Assembly (NCBI RefSeq): GCF_002087085.1
Contig: NZ_MWQY01000008.1
Coordinates: forward strand, 62,001 to 126,000
Length of the DNA stretch: 64,000 nt
Direction: 5' to 3'
Part shown: piece after piece, positions 29,464 to 38,937 of the stretch
How the letters are laid out: each line of letters opens with the position of its first letter
How positions within the stretch are numbered: the stretch's first letter is position 1
Made by a program: the position numbers and the translations under genes
The notes under the pieces: model-generated
What the model was told of the DNA's origin: nothing
Databases searched by the model: none
Seen by the model: the letters and a program-made list of their open reading frames with translations, nothing else

Positions 29464-30342
29464 TTAATCCCCCGTCCCGCCGAGCCCCCAGAAGGCACTC
29501 AGGGTGGGAGACTGTATCGCAGCCTTTCTGACGCACATTCCGACGGAATAGGGCTTCAGGGGCGGTCGTACCTTCAGAATCCTGATCTTCCGCGCCACGG
29601 GGCTCTTCTCCACCACCAGACGGGGAACCACTCCGACCCCGCAGTTGAGAGATACCAGGGCCAGGATGGCCTCGTTTCCCGCCACCTCGGCGTAAACCTT
29701 CGGGGATTCCCCCCTCTCCCGAAACCAGCGGAGGACCCGCTTCCGCATGAGTCCCCGTTCGGGAAGAATCATGGGAATCTCCGACCAGGGTATGAACTCC
29801 TTCTCCAGGGTTTCAGTATACTGCCACTCCTGCCGGGGGGCGACAAAAACCAGGGGCGTAGTGGTCAGTTCCTGAAACAAAAGTCCCGGCATGGGGGTAT
29901 CCGGTCTGGCTATAACCGCCAGATCCACATCCCCGGAACTGACGGTCTCCACAGCATCGGAGGCCGCCCCGGTATGCAGCTTGATGCTTATTCCCGGATA
30001 GGCCTCCCTGAAGCGGGACAGGATTGAGGGAAGAACGGAGTAACAGGCGGTAACGGAACAGTAAAGACGGATCTCCCCCGTCAGTTCCGCGGAATGAATG
30101 CTCCTCTTGAGCTCTTCCAGGCCTTCGATCGATCCCCTGGCATATTCGCGAAAGCGGCGGCCGGCATCCGTCAGCCGTACTCCTTTGCGATCCCTGACAA
30201 AGAGGGCCTCGCCGATCTCCTCTTCTATGCGCTGAATCCCCCTGCTCAAGGCCGAGGGGCTTATGTTGCATACCTGGCTGGCCCGGCCAAAGTGGAGGGT
30301 ATCGGCGGCGGCCAGAAAAAAGCGCATCTCATATATATCCAT
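29464..30342 (-). CDS. ilvY: LysR family regulator, IlvY-like
   Basis: HFGRAS..SPSALSR HTH; CSVTACYSVLP, IKLHTGAASDA, YAEVAGNEAI resemble E. coli IlvY. Confidence 0.78.
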   Translation of the reverse strand: MDIYEMRFFLAAADTLHFGRASQVCNISPSALSRGIQRIEEEIGEALFVRDRKGVRLTDAGRRFREYARGSIEGLEELKRSIHSAELTGEIRLYCSVTACYSVLPSILSRFREAYPGISIKLHTGAASDAVETVSSGDVDLAVIARPDTPMPGLLFQELTTTPLVFVAPRQEWQYTETLEKEFIPWSEIPMILPERGLMRKRVLRWFRERGESPKVYAEVAGNEAILALVSLNCGVGVVPRLVVEKSPVARKIRILKVRPPLKPYSVGMCVRKAAIQSPTLSAFWGLGGTGD

Positions 30343-30448
30343 AGTGAAAATCCTTATAACAAAATACCACGAGTTCAGGAGTCCCTTAAAAAAAGTTTTT
30401 TCCTTTACCTGCTTTTCTCCTGTGATATACTCTTATCCGGTAAGCACA

Positions 30449-31930
30449 ATGGCTCTGGATATACGAAGAGTAATCGATTCTATCGAAAGATACGAACCCG
30501 TAGACCTGACCGCCTACAAGGTTCCAGCCTCATCCATTGCGGGAATCGGCAAGATCCTCGAATTATACCTGCGAAAGATCAAGCTGCAGAACTATTACTT
30601 TCAGTTCTTCTACGCCCTTCGGGAACTCATAGAAAACGCGAAGAAAGCAAACCTCAAAAGGGTGTATTTCAAACAGAACAATCTGGATCTGAACAATCCC
30701 GAACATTATGAGCAGGGAATGCAGAGCTTCAAGGGGGAAGTCTATTCCAGAATCGGTGAATACGAGAATCTCCTGAAGGAATCTGGACTCTATGTCCGGA
30801 CTACCTTTGCAGTGGACGATACCCACTTTTACATTACCATAACCAACAACGTGCATATATCCCCGGCGGAGGAGGAGCGGATAAACGAACGACTTAACCG
30901 TTCCCAGGGCTTTTCCAGCGTCGAGGAGGCCTTCCAGACGGTCCTGGATTCCAGCGAAGGGGCAGGCCTAGGTATTGTCATGCTGGTGCTGATGCTGCGC
31001 AAAATCGGGCTTGACCGGAATGCCTTTTCAATTCAGGGTTTCAACGGCGCAACCGTGGCCAGGGTCAGTATTCCCCGGCACGACCTGGTGGTCCGGCATC
31101 TTTCCGATCTTACCGGGCGTATTCGTGAAGAGCTTCAGCAGATTCCCCAGTTTCCCGAACATATTCTTACCCTGCAGCGCCTTATTGAAGATCCTGAGGT
31201 AGCTTTCAACAGGATTGAACATACCATCAGTATGGACCCTGGCCTTGCGGCAGAACTTTTGCGAATGGTCAACTCCGCGGCCTTCGGTATTCATCGGAGG
31301 GTCAAAACCATATCGGAAGCAATTTCCCTGATGGGACTGAAGGGAATCCGCGACCTTATTACCGCTTACGGAACGGTAAAGATCATGGTGGAACGCTATG
31401 GCGAAATGGAAGAACTCTGGAACCACTGCTACAGGGTTGCAGTCTACGCCTCATCCATTGCACGCCGGTATTCCCTCCGGAAAATCTACGAGATAGTCTA
31501 CTCATCAAGCCTGCTCCACGACCTGGGCAGGGTACTTGTGGATTTCCTGAGTCCCGAGTTCTTCAACAAACTGAGGAGATTCAGCACGGAGAAGAAAATA
31601 CCCCCTGAAGAGTTCGAACGCTTTGCCATCGGTACCCATCATGCAGAGGTCGGCGCCCTGATGGCTGAAGGCTGGGAGTACCCCGAAGCAATCACCGAGA
31701 CCATCCGGCACCATCATACTCCCGATGCATGCCCAAAAAAATACACGGATCTGGTTCAGACGGTTTATCTGGCGAACTTTCTCGACGATCTGGACCGGGG
31801 AAGGGCCTCCGCGGACCAGCTGTCTCCGGAGGTTATGAATCGATTCTCCCTGCACAGTACGGATTCACAGCAGGAACTGCTGCAGAAACTCAAGGAGGAG
31901 TTCGAAGGGCTGTCAAAAGTGCAGGACTGA
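30449..31930 (+). CDS. HDOD domain protein with N-terminal HATPase-like domain
   Basis: LRELIENAKKAN ... GAGLGI; DPGLAAELLRMVNSA, LLHDLG, HAEVGALMAEGW, IRHHH. Confidence 0.85.
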   Translation: MALDIRRVIDSIERYEPVDLTAYKVPASSIAGIGKILELYLRKIKLQNYYFQFFYALRELIENAKKANLKRVYFKQNNLDLNNPEHYEQGMQSFKGEVYSRIGEYENLLKESGLYVRTTFAVDDTHFYITITNNVHISPAEEERINERLNRSQGFSSVEEAFQTVLDSSEGAGLGIVMLVLMLRKIGLDRNAFSIQGFNGATVARVSIPRHDLVVRHLSDLTGRIREELQQIPQFPEHILTLQRLIEDPEVAFNRIEHTISMDPGLAAELLRMVNSAAFGIHRRVKTISEAISLMGLKGIRDLITAYGTVKIMVERYGEMEELWNHCYRVAVYASSIARRYSLRKIYEIVYSSSLLHDLGRVLVDFLSPEFFNKLRRFSTEKKIPPEEFERFAIGTHHAEVGALMAEGWEYPEAITETIRHHHTPDACPKKYTDLVQTVYLANFLDDLDRGRASADQLSPEVMNRFSLHSTDSQQELLQKLKEEFEGLSKVQD

Positions 31931-31975
31931 TCATACAGCATTGTCAGTCTGCCCTCTTACGGGTAGACTGACCTC

Positions 31976-32293
31976 ATGGTACGTCTGGAGCTTGATCCCG
32001 GTATATGCGGTTTGAAAACACGAATAGAGGCTTCTTCTGAAGACGGACGCCTGGTACGCCTGGGCATAGAGTCCCAATGCCCGAGTATCCAGGCTCTGGG
32101 AGAATCCCTGGGAGAAGTCGACGCGTATCAGGTCTGTTTCGCCGGTTTTCGGGAATCCCCCGTCTACAGAGCCGCAGGAGAACACTTCAAACACGCAGCC
32201 TGCCCGGTTCCTTCGGCAATCATCAAAGCCGTGGAGGCAGCGGCGGGCCTGGCCCTGCCGAAGGACGTGCGTTTTACATTCGAGCACAACTGA
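31976..32293 (+). CDS. Small Cys-rich conserved hypothetical protein (DUF6951-like)
   Basis: PGICG, SQCP, HAACPVPSAIIKAVEAAAGLALPKD. Confidence 0.7.
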   Translation: MVRLELDPGICGLKTRIEASSEDGRLVRLGIESQCPSIQALGESLGEVDAYQVCFAGFRESPVYRAAGEHFKHAACPVPSAIIKAVEAAAGLALPKDVRFTFEHN

Positions 32294-32331
32294 AGCGAAC
32301 AAACAGTCAGGCATTATGCCGGGTGGAACAG

Positions 32332-33093
32332 GTGGAATACGTAACAACTTTTCAGGTACTGCTTCTGGTTACCGGCGCATTCTTCGCCGGCTTTGTGGAT
32401 TCCATCGCCGGGGGCGGCGGCATCATTACCCTGCCCCTCTTTCTTTCTGTCGGGATACCTCCCCACCTTGCTCTGGGAACCAACAAGCTCCAGGCCAGCT
32501 TCGGCAGCCTTACCGCCTCGCTCCGCTACCGTCACAGCGGCCTGATCTCCTTCCGCAAACTGAAGACGGGCATTGTCTTTACCCTTGCAGGTGCCGCCGC
32601 GGGAACGGCCGCCATACAGAGTATTCCGGCAGACTTTCTGAACATGGTTCTGCCGGTCCTGCTGCTGGGGGTTTTCCTCTATACCCTGTTCAGCCCCCGG
32701 ATGGGGGAGCTGGATGTGGAAGCCCGAATACCTGTCTTCAGGTTTTACCTGCTCTTCGGCCTGGCCATCGGATTCTACGACGGCTTCTTTGGTCCCGGCA
32801 CCGGGTCCTTCTGGACCATAGCCCTGGCCACCCTGCTGGGTATGAACCTGAAGCGGGCCACCGCGACCACCAAGGTAATGAATTTTACCAGCAATATCGT
32901 GAGCCTCACGGTCTTTATCCTGGGGGGCAAGGTGTTGTTCCTGCTGGGTATCCTGATGGGCATTGGACAGCTGAGCGGGGCATGGCTGGGCACCCACCTG
33001 GTGGTTAAGAACGGCACCCGTTTTGTCAGGACCATCTTTCTTATCGTTGTCGCCGCGACTATCGCTAACCTCGTGGTACGGCGCTTCCTTTAA
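32332..33093 (+). CDS. TauE/SafE (TSUP) family membrane transporter
   Basis: AGFVDSIAGGGG, ALGTNK, GFYDGFFGPGTG; start approximate. Confidence 0.9.
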   Translation: MEYVTTFQVLLLVTGAFFAGFVDSIAGGGGIITLPLFLSVGIPPHLALGTNKLQASFGSLTASLRYRHSGLISFRKLKTGIVFTLAGAAAGTAAIQSIPADFLNMVLPVLLLGVFLYTLFSPRMGELDVEARIPVFRFYLLFGLAIGFYDGFFGPGTGSFWTIALATLLGMNLKRATATTKVMNFTSNIVSLTVFILGGKVLFLLGILMGIGQLSGAWLGTHLVVKNGTRFVRTIFLIVVAATIANLVVRRFL

Positions 33094-34166
33094 TCCGCTT
33101 CGATGTCCTCAGTGGAGAAGCTGTAGCGCCGGGAGGCTATAGTCCCCACAGGAATATCTCCGCCTCCCAGGTCCCGCACAATTCCTGCGGCGTGGTAATG
33201 ACTGGTCCCGATAAAATCCTTGTAGCGCTGCCGTGCACCGGAAACCGCGGTGCCCGCAAGGTAGACCCCGGGAACCGCACTCTCCATGGTCTGAGGGTCA
33301 TAGAGAGGGACCCCCTCCTCGTCCAGAGGAATTTCAAGATCTGTAAAAAGAGACAGATCCGCATGGTAGCCCGTGGCAAGAAGCACAAAGTCGGCGGGAA
33401 CAAACAGGGTGCTGCCGTCGCTTCTGGAGAGTTCGACCCCCTCTTCAGTTATACGGGAAGGGAGGGTTTCCGGGTAGAAGGGAATTACCCCCTTCGCGGT
33501 CAGAATGGAAAGTTCGAGATACAGGCGCGAGTTTACCCGTTTTCTGTCAAAGCCGCTGCGGCGGTAACTCAAGGATACCGAGACCCCCGAGCGGAAACAG
33601 CGGAGGGCGGCCTCGAGGGCGGAGTTTTTGCCTCCCACAACAAGGAGCCGGTTACCGAAGTAGAGATGGGGATCCTCCAGCACGTGGGATACGTGGGGCA
33701 GGTCCTCCCCGGGGATTCCCAGTCGGTTGAACTCTCCCATATCTCCCGTTGCAAGGATCACATTTTCACAGTTTACCTTCAGTGAGTCCCGCAGAGTCTC
33801 GGCTCGAAGGGTAAAACTGCCCTTTTTTCCCCTGATTTCCGTTACCCTGTGGTAACTGAGGATCTTCAGGTCCAGGGTCTCCACTACGCCGCGGAGGTAG
33901 GCCAGATAGTCTTCCCGGGCAGGCTGCTCCTGGTGGGGCGAACTGAAGGGGATCCCCGCAATGGCCACCCTCTCGGGGGAACTGAAAAACCGGGCATGCC
34001 GCGGCCAGCGGTAGATAGTCGAGGCTATCGGGCCTTTTTCCAGCTGCAGATAATCGATACCCGCCCGTTTCAGACCCGCGGCCACCTCAATGCCCACAGG
34101 CCCGGCGCCGACCAGAACAACCCTGGTGGAAAGTTCTCTGCTTTTATTCTGATTCATTTTCTCCAT
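33090..34166 (-). CDS. YpdA-like FAD/NADPH disulfide oxidoreductase
   Basis: VGAGPVG, FFSSPER, REDYLAYL, LGIPGEDLPHVSH, VGGKNSA, ATGY. Confidence 0.8.
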   Translation of the reverse strand: MEKMNQNKSRELSTRVVLVGAGPVGIEVAAGLKRAGIDYLQLEKGPIASTIYRWPRHARFFSSPERVAIAGIPFSSPHQEQPAREDYLAYLRGVVETLDLKILSYHRVTEIRGKKGSFTLRAETLRDSLKVNCENVILATGDMGEFNRLGIPGEDLPHVSHVLEDPHLYFGNRLLVVGGKNSALEAALRCFRSGVSVSLSYRRSGFDRKRVNSRLYLELSILTAKGVIPFYPETLPSRITEEGVELSRSDGSTLFVPADFVLLATGYHADLSLFTDLEIPLDEEGVPLYDPQTMESAVPGVYLAGTAVSGARQRYKDFIGTSHYHAAGIVRDLGGGDIPVGTIASRRYSFSTEDIEAD

Positions 34167-36048
34167 CCAGTCTGAAACGTCGTACCTGATGTGTAATCCC
34201 TTCAATATGCCGGATATTTTCCCCGCTCACCGCATCCATTCCGCGGATGGCCTCCTCCATCTGCTCCGTTCCGTCGCCGACTTCGGTAAGTGCATCGTGG
34301 AGGGCCCGGCTGATCTCCGCAAGGGCTTCCATGTGCTTCTTTACCGTACCCGCATCATCAGCTATTTCTCCGGCGGAGCTGCTGACCGAAGAGGTTATCT
34401 GGTTGATCTCCGTCAGGGTCGCGACAATCTCGTCACCTCCGATGCGCTGCTGCTCCAGGGAAGAGAGCATCTCCCGCTCCAGGGAATGAAGCCGCTCAAC
34501 CAGCTCCTGAACGCTGGTGAAGGCCGATTTGGTCTCTTCGACGGCGGAGACAACCGATTGGATGGTCGCCACGGTTGTCTTCAGCTGCCCTTGGATCTCC
34601 CGGGAATGGTTGGCCGAGTTCTCCGCCAGGCTGCGAATCTCCGCCGCGACCACGGCGAAACCGGCCCCATGCTCCCCGGCGTGGGCGGCTTCAATGGCGG
34701 CATTCATGGCCAGAAGATTGGTCTGTTCCGCAATGGACGAGATGAGGGTATTCGCCTCGTTCAGCTTCTCAGCCTGCTGTACCACCTTCCCGACCTGGGC
34801 GACCGCGATCTCGATCTTCTCCCTGCCTCCGGCGGCGAATCCGACCAGGGAAGAAAAATCTGCTTCCAGCTCCTCGAAACTCCGGTTTATCTCCACTATT
34901 GTTCCGATCATCTGACGTACGGCCGCTGAGGACTCCTCGACTCCGGCGGCCTGTTCCTGTATGGACCCGTCCAGATGCCTGATATTATCCAGAATATGAA
35001 GGACAGAGTCCGTGGCTTCCTTGAGGGTATCGGCATGAACGATGGTCCTCTCATTCAGGGAGCTCACGAGTCCCCGGACATTCTCCATGATTCGGGAACT
35101 TTCTCCCGCAGCTACCGAAAGCTCTCCCCCGGAGGAGGAGAGTTCCTGAACCAGCTGCCTGATTTTTCCGATCATGCTGTTCAGTTTATGGATAAAGGCG
35201 TTTGTTCCGGCGGAAATCCTGCCCACATCGTCAAAATTCACCAGGGGGATCAGGCGGGTAAGGTCGCCCTCGGCGGCATTCAACTCCTCCAGACGTTCCC
35301 GGATCCTCCTCAGCTGAAAACGGTCGACCCGGCGGGAAAGGGAAAACATACGCAGGGCTATTCCGGTAAAAAGCAGGCTCATCCCGCAGAAGCTGAGTAC
35401 CGGGGATGGAAAAGCAGCGGGAATCTGATCCGCAGTCCGGTAAAACTCGGAGACGATAAACAGAAAAGCCCCAAGGGCAAAGGCGGAGGAGACGAGGATC
35501 AGGTAATCCTTCATTACAAGAAAGCGGTCAATCTCGCCCTGGGCTATCTCGGTCATCCTGAGCCGCTCTTTTGCGGGAAACAGCACATTGTTCACCGTCA
35601 GGGCAGTCCAGATTCCCGTGACAAGCCCCATGGAAACCGCGCTGAACAGCGCAACAGGATAGGGATAGCCGCCGGGAGACTGCCATTTGAAAACGAAAGC
35701 GTACATCAAGGTAACACCGACCAGCCAGAAAACAGCATGAATGCTGATCAGGAACCAGTTGATCCTGAGGGCTGCATGGCGGGCCGCGGGAGTCTGCACC
35801 CCGGTCTCCAGAAAACGCAGCAGCGGCTGCAGCATACGGCTTATTACCCCCGCCGCAATGATGCCGAATCCAAGCACCATAAGATAGGTCGTGGGACGAA
35901 TCCCCAGAAGCAGCCTTCCCTGCAGATCGAGTACCTTGTAGGGGTTATAAAGCGCGACCAGCAATTCCCTGAGTATTCCACCGAGCAGCAGGGGAATAAT
36001 CAGGTTATAGAAGAAAACTTTCGTCAAAATGGAGGACTTTTCTTTCAT
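34144..36048 (-). CDS. Methyl-accepting chemotaxis protein with multi-TM sensor
   Basis: IAEQTNLLAMNAAIEAAHAGEHGAGFAVVA hairpin; several N-terminal TMs and HAMP. Confidence 0.93.
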   Translation of the reverse strand: MKEKSSILTKVFFYNLIIPLLLGGILRELLVALYNPYKVLDLQGRLLLGIRPTTYLMVLGFGIIAAGVISRMLQPLLRFLETGVQTPAARHAALRINWFLISIHAVFWLVGVTLMYAFVFKWQSPGGYPYPVALFSAVSMGLVTGIWTALTVNNVLFPAKERLRMTEIAQGEIDRFLVMKDYLILVSSAFALGAFLFIVSEFYRTADQIPAAFPSPVLSFCGMSLLFTGIALRMFSLSRRVDRFQLRRIRERLEELNAAEGDLTRLIPLVNFDDVGRISAGTNAFIHKLNSMIGKIRQLVQELSSSGGELSVAAGESSRIMENVRGLVSSLNERTIVHADTLKEATDSVLHILDNIRHLDGSIQEQAAGVEESSAAVRQMIGTIVEINRSFEELEADFSSLVGFAAGGREKIEIAVAQVGKVVQQAEKLNEANTLISSIAEQTNLLAMNAAIEAAHAGEHGAGFAVVAAEIRSLAENSANHSREIQGQLKTTVATIQSVVSAVEETKSAFTSVQELVERLHSLEREMLSSLEQQRIGGDEIVATLTEINQITSSVSSSAGEIADDAGTVKKHMEALAEISRALHDALTEVGDGTEQMEEAIRGMDAVSGENIRHIEGITHQVRRFRLDGENESE

Positions 36049-37370
36049 TCAAGTATCCTTTGATAAATCCGGGAGTTTCTCCGGCGGTCGTAGCGCTCCC
36101 GCCGCTCCGGAGGGATCTGATCCAGATCGGCGTCCACAAAACCCAGGCGCTGGAACCAGTCGGAGGTCTGGGTGGTCAGCACAAAAACCCGTTTGAGGCC
36201 TTCCCTGCGGGCCACCTCGACCAGGTAGGATACGATCTTGAATCCGATACCCAGGCGGTCGTAACGGGTATCCACGGCGATGCCGGCGATCTCCCCGGAT
36301 CCGTCGGAGTAACGGTGCAGGGCGCCGCAGCCGTGGATGGAATCGTCCATCTCGTAGACGACGTAATCCCCGGCGGCGCGTTCCAGGTCCGCCCCGGTGC
36401 GGCGGATCAGGATCTCCCGTTCAACGAAGGGTTCCATAATGCGCAGCACATCGGTAATGTCCTCCTCCCGCATGGGCCGGAGGGAATCGTAATCGTTACC
36501 GTGAACCATGGTCCCGACACCAAGGTTGGAGAAGATCTCCTTCAGAATGACCCCCTCCACCCTGCCGTCCACAATATGGACACGGGGCACACCCCTCCGG
36601 CAGGTTTCACAGGCCAGCTTTACGTACTGCAGGCGGGGATCGCTGCTCGAAGCGTTGATATCGAGAAAGGCTTCGGCGGTATGGATATCCAGCCGCGAGA
36701 TGCGCCCTTCCGGATTGAAGGTGATGCCCTCGGGAAAGGTAAAATCCCCCGCGTCCAGGCGCTCTTCCGGAAGCAGGAGAAAGAGTTTTTCCGCCTGCAG
36801 CTGGGAGGAAACGACCCTGGCCAGCTCGTTGGAAGAGATGTTGTAGGGGGTTCCCACGGCATTCCAGCCGATGCAGGGCAGAATGGGGATAAGCCCTTCG
36901 TCGAGGATCTTGTTCACCAGTTCAGTGTCGATACGCTCGACTACCCCGGTTGATCCGTAATCGACTCCTTTTATTACCCCCATGCTGCGGGCCCTGACCC
37001 AGTTTCCCACCACCGCGTTGGCTCCGTGGGCGGCCAGCAGGGTCATGACCTGGTTTGAGACGTCAAAGGCAGCCATTTTAATGAAGGGTATCGCCTCGGG
37101 GGAGGAAATCCTCACGCCCCCCACCGATTCGGTGGCGATACCGTAGCGCTGAAGCACCTCGTTGATGCGTCCTGTGGCACCTGGAATAATCACCGTCCGG
37201 ATTCCCATCCCGTGCAGGAGGGCAAGGTCCTTGACCAGCACCGGGAAAAGCGGATGCTCGGCAACCTCGTATTCAACCTTGAAGACAAAGGTTGCACCTG
37301 CAAAGCGGTGGACATAGCTGAAAACCTCACGGATCAACTCAACATGTTCCTTGATATCGTTGTTTCTCAT
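36045..37370 (-). CDS. argA: Amino-acid N-acetyltransferase (AAK plus GNAT)
   Basis: GVDYGSTG, GVPRVHIVDG, EIFSNLGVGTM, VFVLTTQTSDWF, RNSRI. Confidence 0.92.
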   Translation of the reverse strand: MRNNDIKEHVELIREVFSYVHRFAGATFVFKVEYEVAEHPLFPVLVKDLALLHGMGIRTVIIPGATGRINEVLQRYGIATESVGGVRISSPEAIPFIKMAAFDVSNQVMTLLAAHGANAVVGNWVRARSMGVIKGVDYGSTGVVERIDTELVNKILDEGLIPILPCIGWNAVGTPYNISSNELARVVSSQLQAEKLFLLLPEERLDAGDFTFPEGITFNPEGRISRLDIHTAEAFLDINASSSDPRLQYVKLACETCRRGVPRVHIVDGRVEGVILKEIFSNLGVGTMVHGNDYDSLRPMREEDITDVLRIMEPFVEREILIRRTGADLERAAGDYVVYEMDDSIHGCGALHRYSDGSGEIAGIAVDTRYDRLGIGFKIVSYLVEVARREGLKRVFVLTTQTSDWFQRLGFVDADLDQIPPERRERYDRRRNSRIYQRILE

Positions 37371-37593
37371 AGTCTTTTCGTTATGGCATTGTACCATACT
37401 CCCCATTGTTTGCGTATCAGCACTCCGGAGCCGGATATTTCCCTGTTCGTACCTTTCGGTACCTTTATTGCATTTCTCCTACCCTCCTGTAGGATACGGA
37501 GAAAGTATCCTGAAGTACAGGAAAACCAGTGATTCCCCGCTAACTGATTATCGGTACAATAATTACCACGCTGTATCACGATTTGATCAGGAT

Positions 37594-37609
37594 AGGCACG
37601 GATATTGCT
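37594..37609 (+). promoter_or_regulatory. Putative sigma54 -24/-12 promoter of the EAL gene
   Basis: AGGCAC-GGATA-TTGCT matches GGCAC-N5-TTGC. Confidence 0.55.
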
Positions 37610-37624
37610 TGATAAGTGGACATC

Positions 37625-38866
37625 ATGAATATTGCACTCTCCATAAAGGACAACCTGACAACCAGCGTCCGGGTTTTCACCCGTTTTCACCCCATCTATT
37701 CGGTGCGGGAACACTGCGTTATCGGTATAGAAGCCCTCTCACGGGGATATGCCGGAATTTCAGCGGAAGAGGTTCAGCCGGAGGAGCTCTTCCGACGGGC
37801 CAGGGATAACGGCCGCTTTACCCAGCTGGACCGCCACGCCCTCTGCACAGCGGTTCAGAGCTACGCCTCGCTGCCTGAAGGAAGCTCCGCGGCTCCCCTG
37901 CTGTTCCTGAATATTTCCACTGAAATGATCGAAAGGGGGCTCGATGACATCCGTCTTCTGAATGAGTCGATACTCAAAGCTGGGGTATCCCCCGACCAGG
38001 TTGTCCTGGAGATCATTGAATCCCGGGTCGAGAATATCGACGCTCTCTCGTACTTCGTTCACCATCACCGGGATAGAGGATTTCTGATTGCCCTGGATGA
38101 TGTGGGGGCCGGACATTCCAATCTGGAACGGATATCCCTTCTGAAGCCGGACATCATCAAGATCGACCGCTCCCTGGTCAGCGGTATCTACCGGGGCTAT
38201 CACAAGCAGGAGGTCTGCAAGGCGCTGATCCTGCTGTCCCACCGTATCGGTGCACTGACCATCGCCGAAGGTATCGAAGAGAAGGAGGAAGCCCTTACCT
38301 GTCTGGAGCTGGGTGTTGACATGCTGCAGGGATTCTATTTTTGCCGCCCCCTGAGCCTTGCAGAATACCAGGACTCTGAACACCTGGAAATAAAGGACCT
38401 TGCCGAAACCTACGCCCAGCGTTCCATTGAACGCAAGGAGCAGGAACGTCTGCTGGCGGAAACCCACCGGGCATTGGCGGGCCGCCTGACCGAACGACTT
38501 ATGGCTGCGGACAGGCCTGATTTCACCAGGATTCTGAAAAGTTCTCTCAGGTCCACCCGCTTTGCCCGCTGCGCCTATCTTCTCGATTCCAGGGGACATC
38601 AGATAACCGGAACCATCGTACAGAAGGGATTCACCAAAAAAGAGCACCGGCTTTTCGCCCCGGCACCGGAAGGAACCGACCACTCCCTGAAGAGCTACGT
38701 ACTGCGTCGGGGAGAACTTGATACCTGTTACATAACCGAACCCTACATATCCAAGGCCACGGGGGAGCTCTGTATTACCGCATCCCAGGGCTTCCGCGGT
38801 AAATCGGGGGAGGAGTTCATTCTCTGTATCGACATTGATTACGGCGGCAGCCGGGACCCGAGATAG
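37625..38866 (+). CDS. EAL c-di-GMP phosphodiesterase with C-terminal YkuI_C-like domain
   Basis: EALSR, LFLN, LEIIE, DDVGAG, KIDRS, AEGIE, QGF; YITEPYISKATG. Confidence 0.88.
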   Translation: MNIALSIKDNLTTSVRVFTRFHPIYSVREHCVIGIEALSRGYAGISAEEVQPEELFRRARDNGRFTQLDRHALCTAVQSYASLPEGSSAAPLLFLNISTEMIERGLDDIRLLNESILKAGVSPDQVVLEIIESRVENIDALSYFVHHHRDRGFLIALDDVGAGHSNLERISLLKPDIIKIDRSLVSGIYRGYHKQEVCKALILLSHRIGALTIAEGIEEKEEALTCLELGVDMLQGFYFCRPLSLAEYQDSEHLEIKDLAETYAQRSIERKEQERLLAETHRALAGRLTERLMAADRPDFTRILKSSLRSTRFARCAYLLDSRGHQITGTIVQKGFTKKEHRLFAPAPEGTDHSLKSYVLRRGELDTCYITEPYISKATGELCITASQGFRGKSGEEFILCIDIDYGGSRDPR

Positions 38867-38937
38867 ACAGGAGAGTTGAGTCGTCCCGCCATTTTCCTGT
38901 AGACTGACGGTATTCATACAAGGCAGGAGATCAAAAC

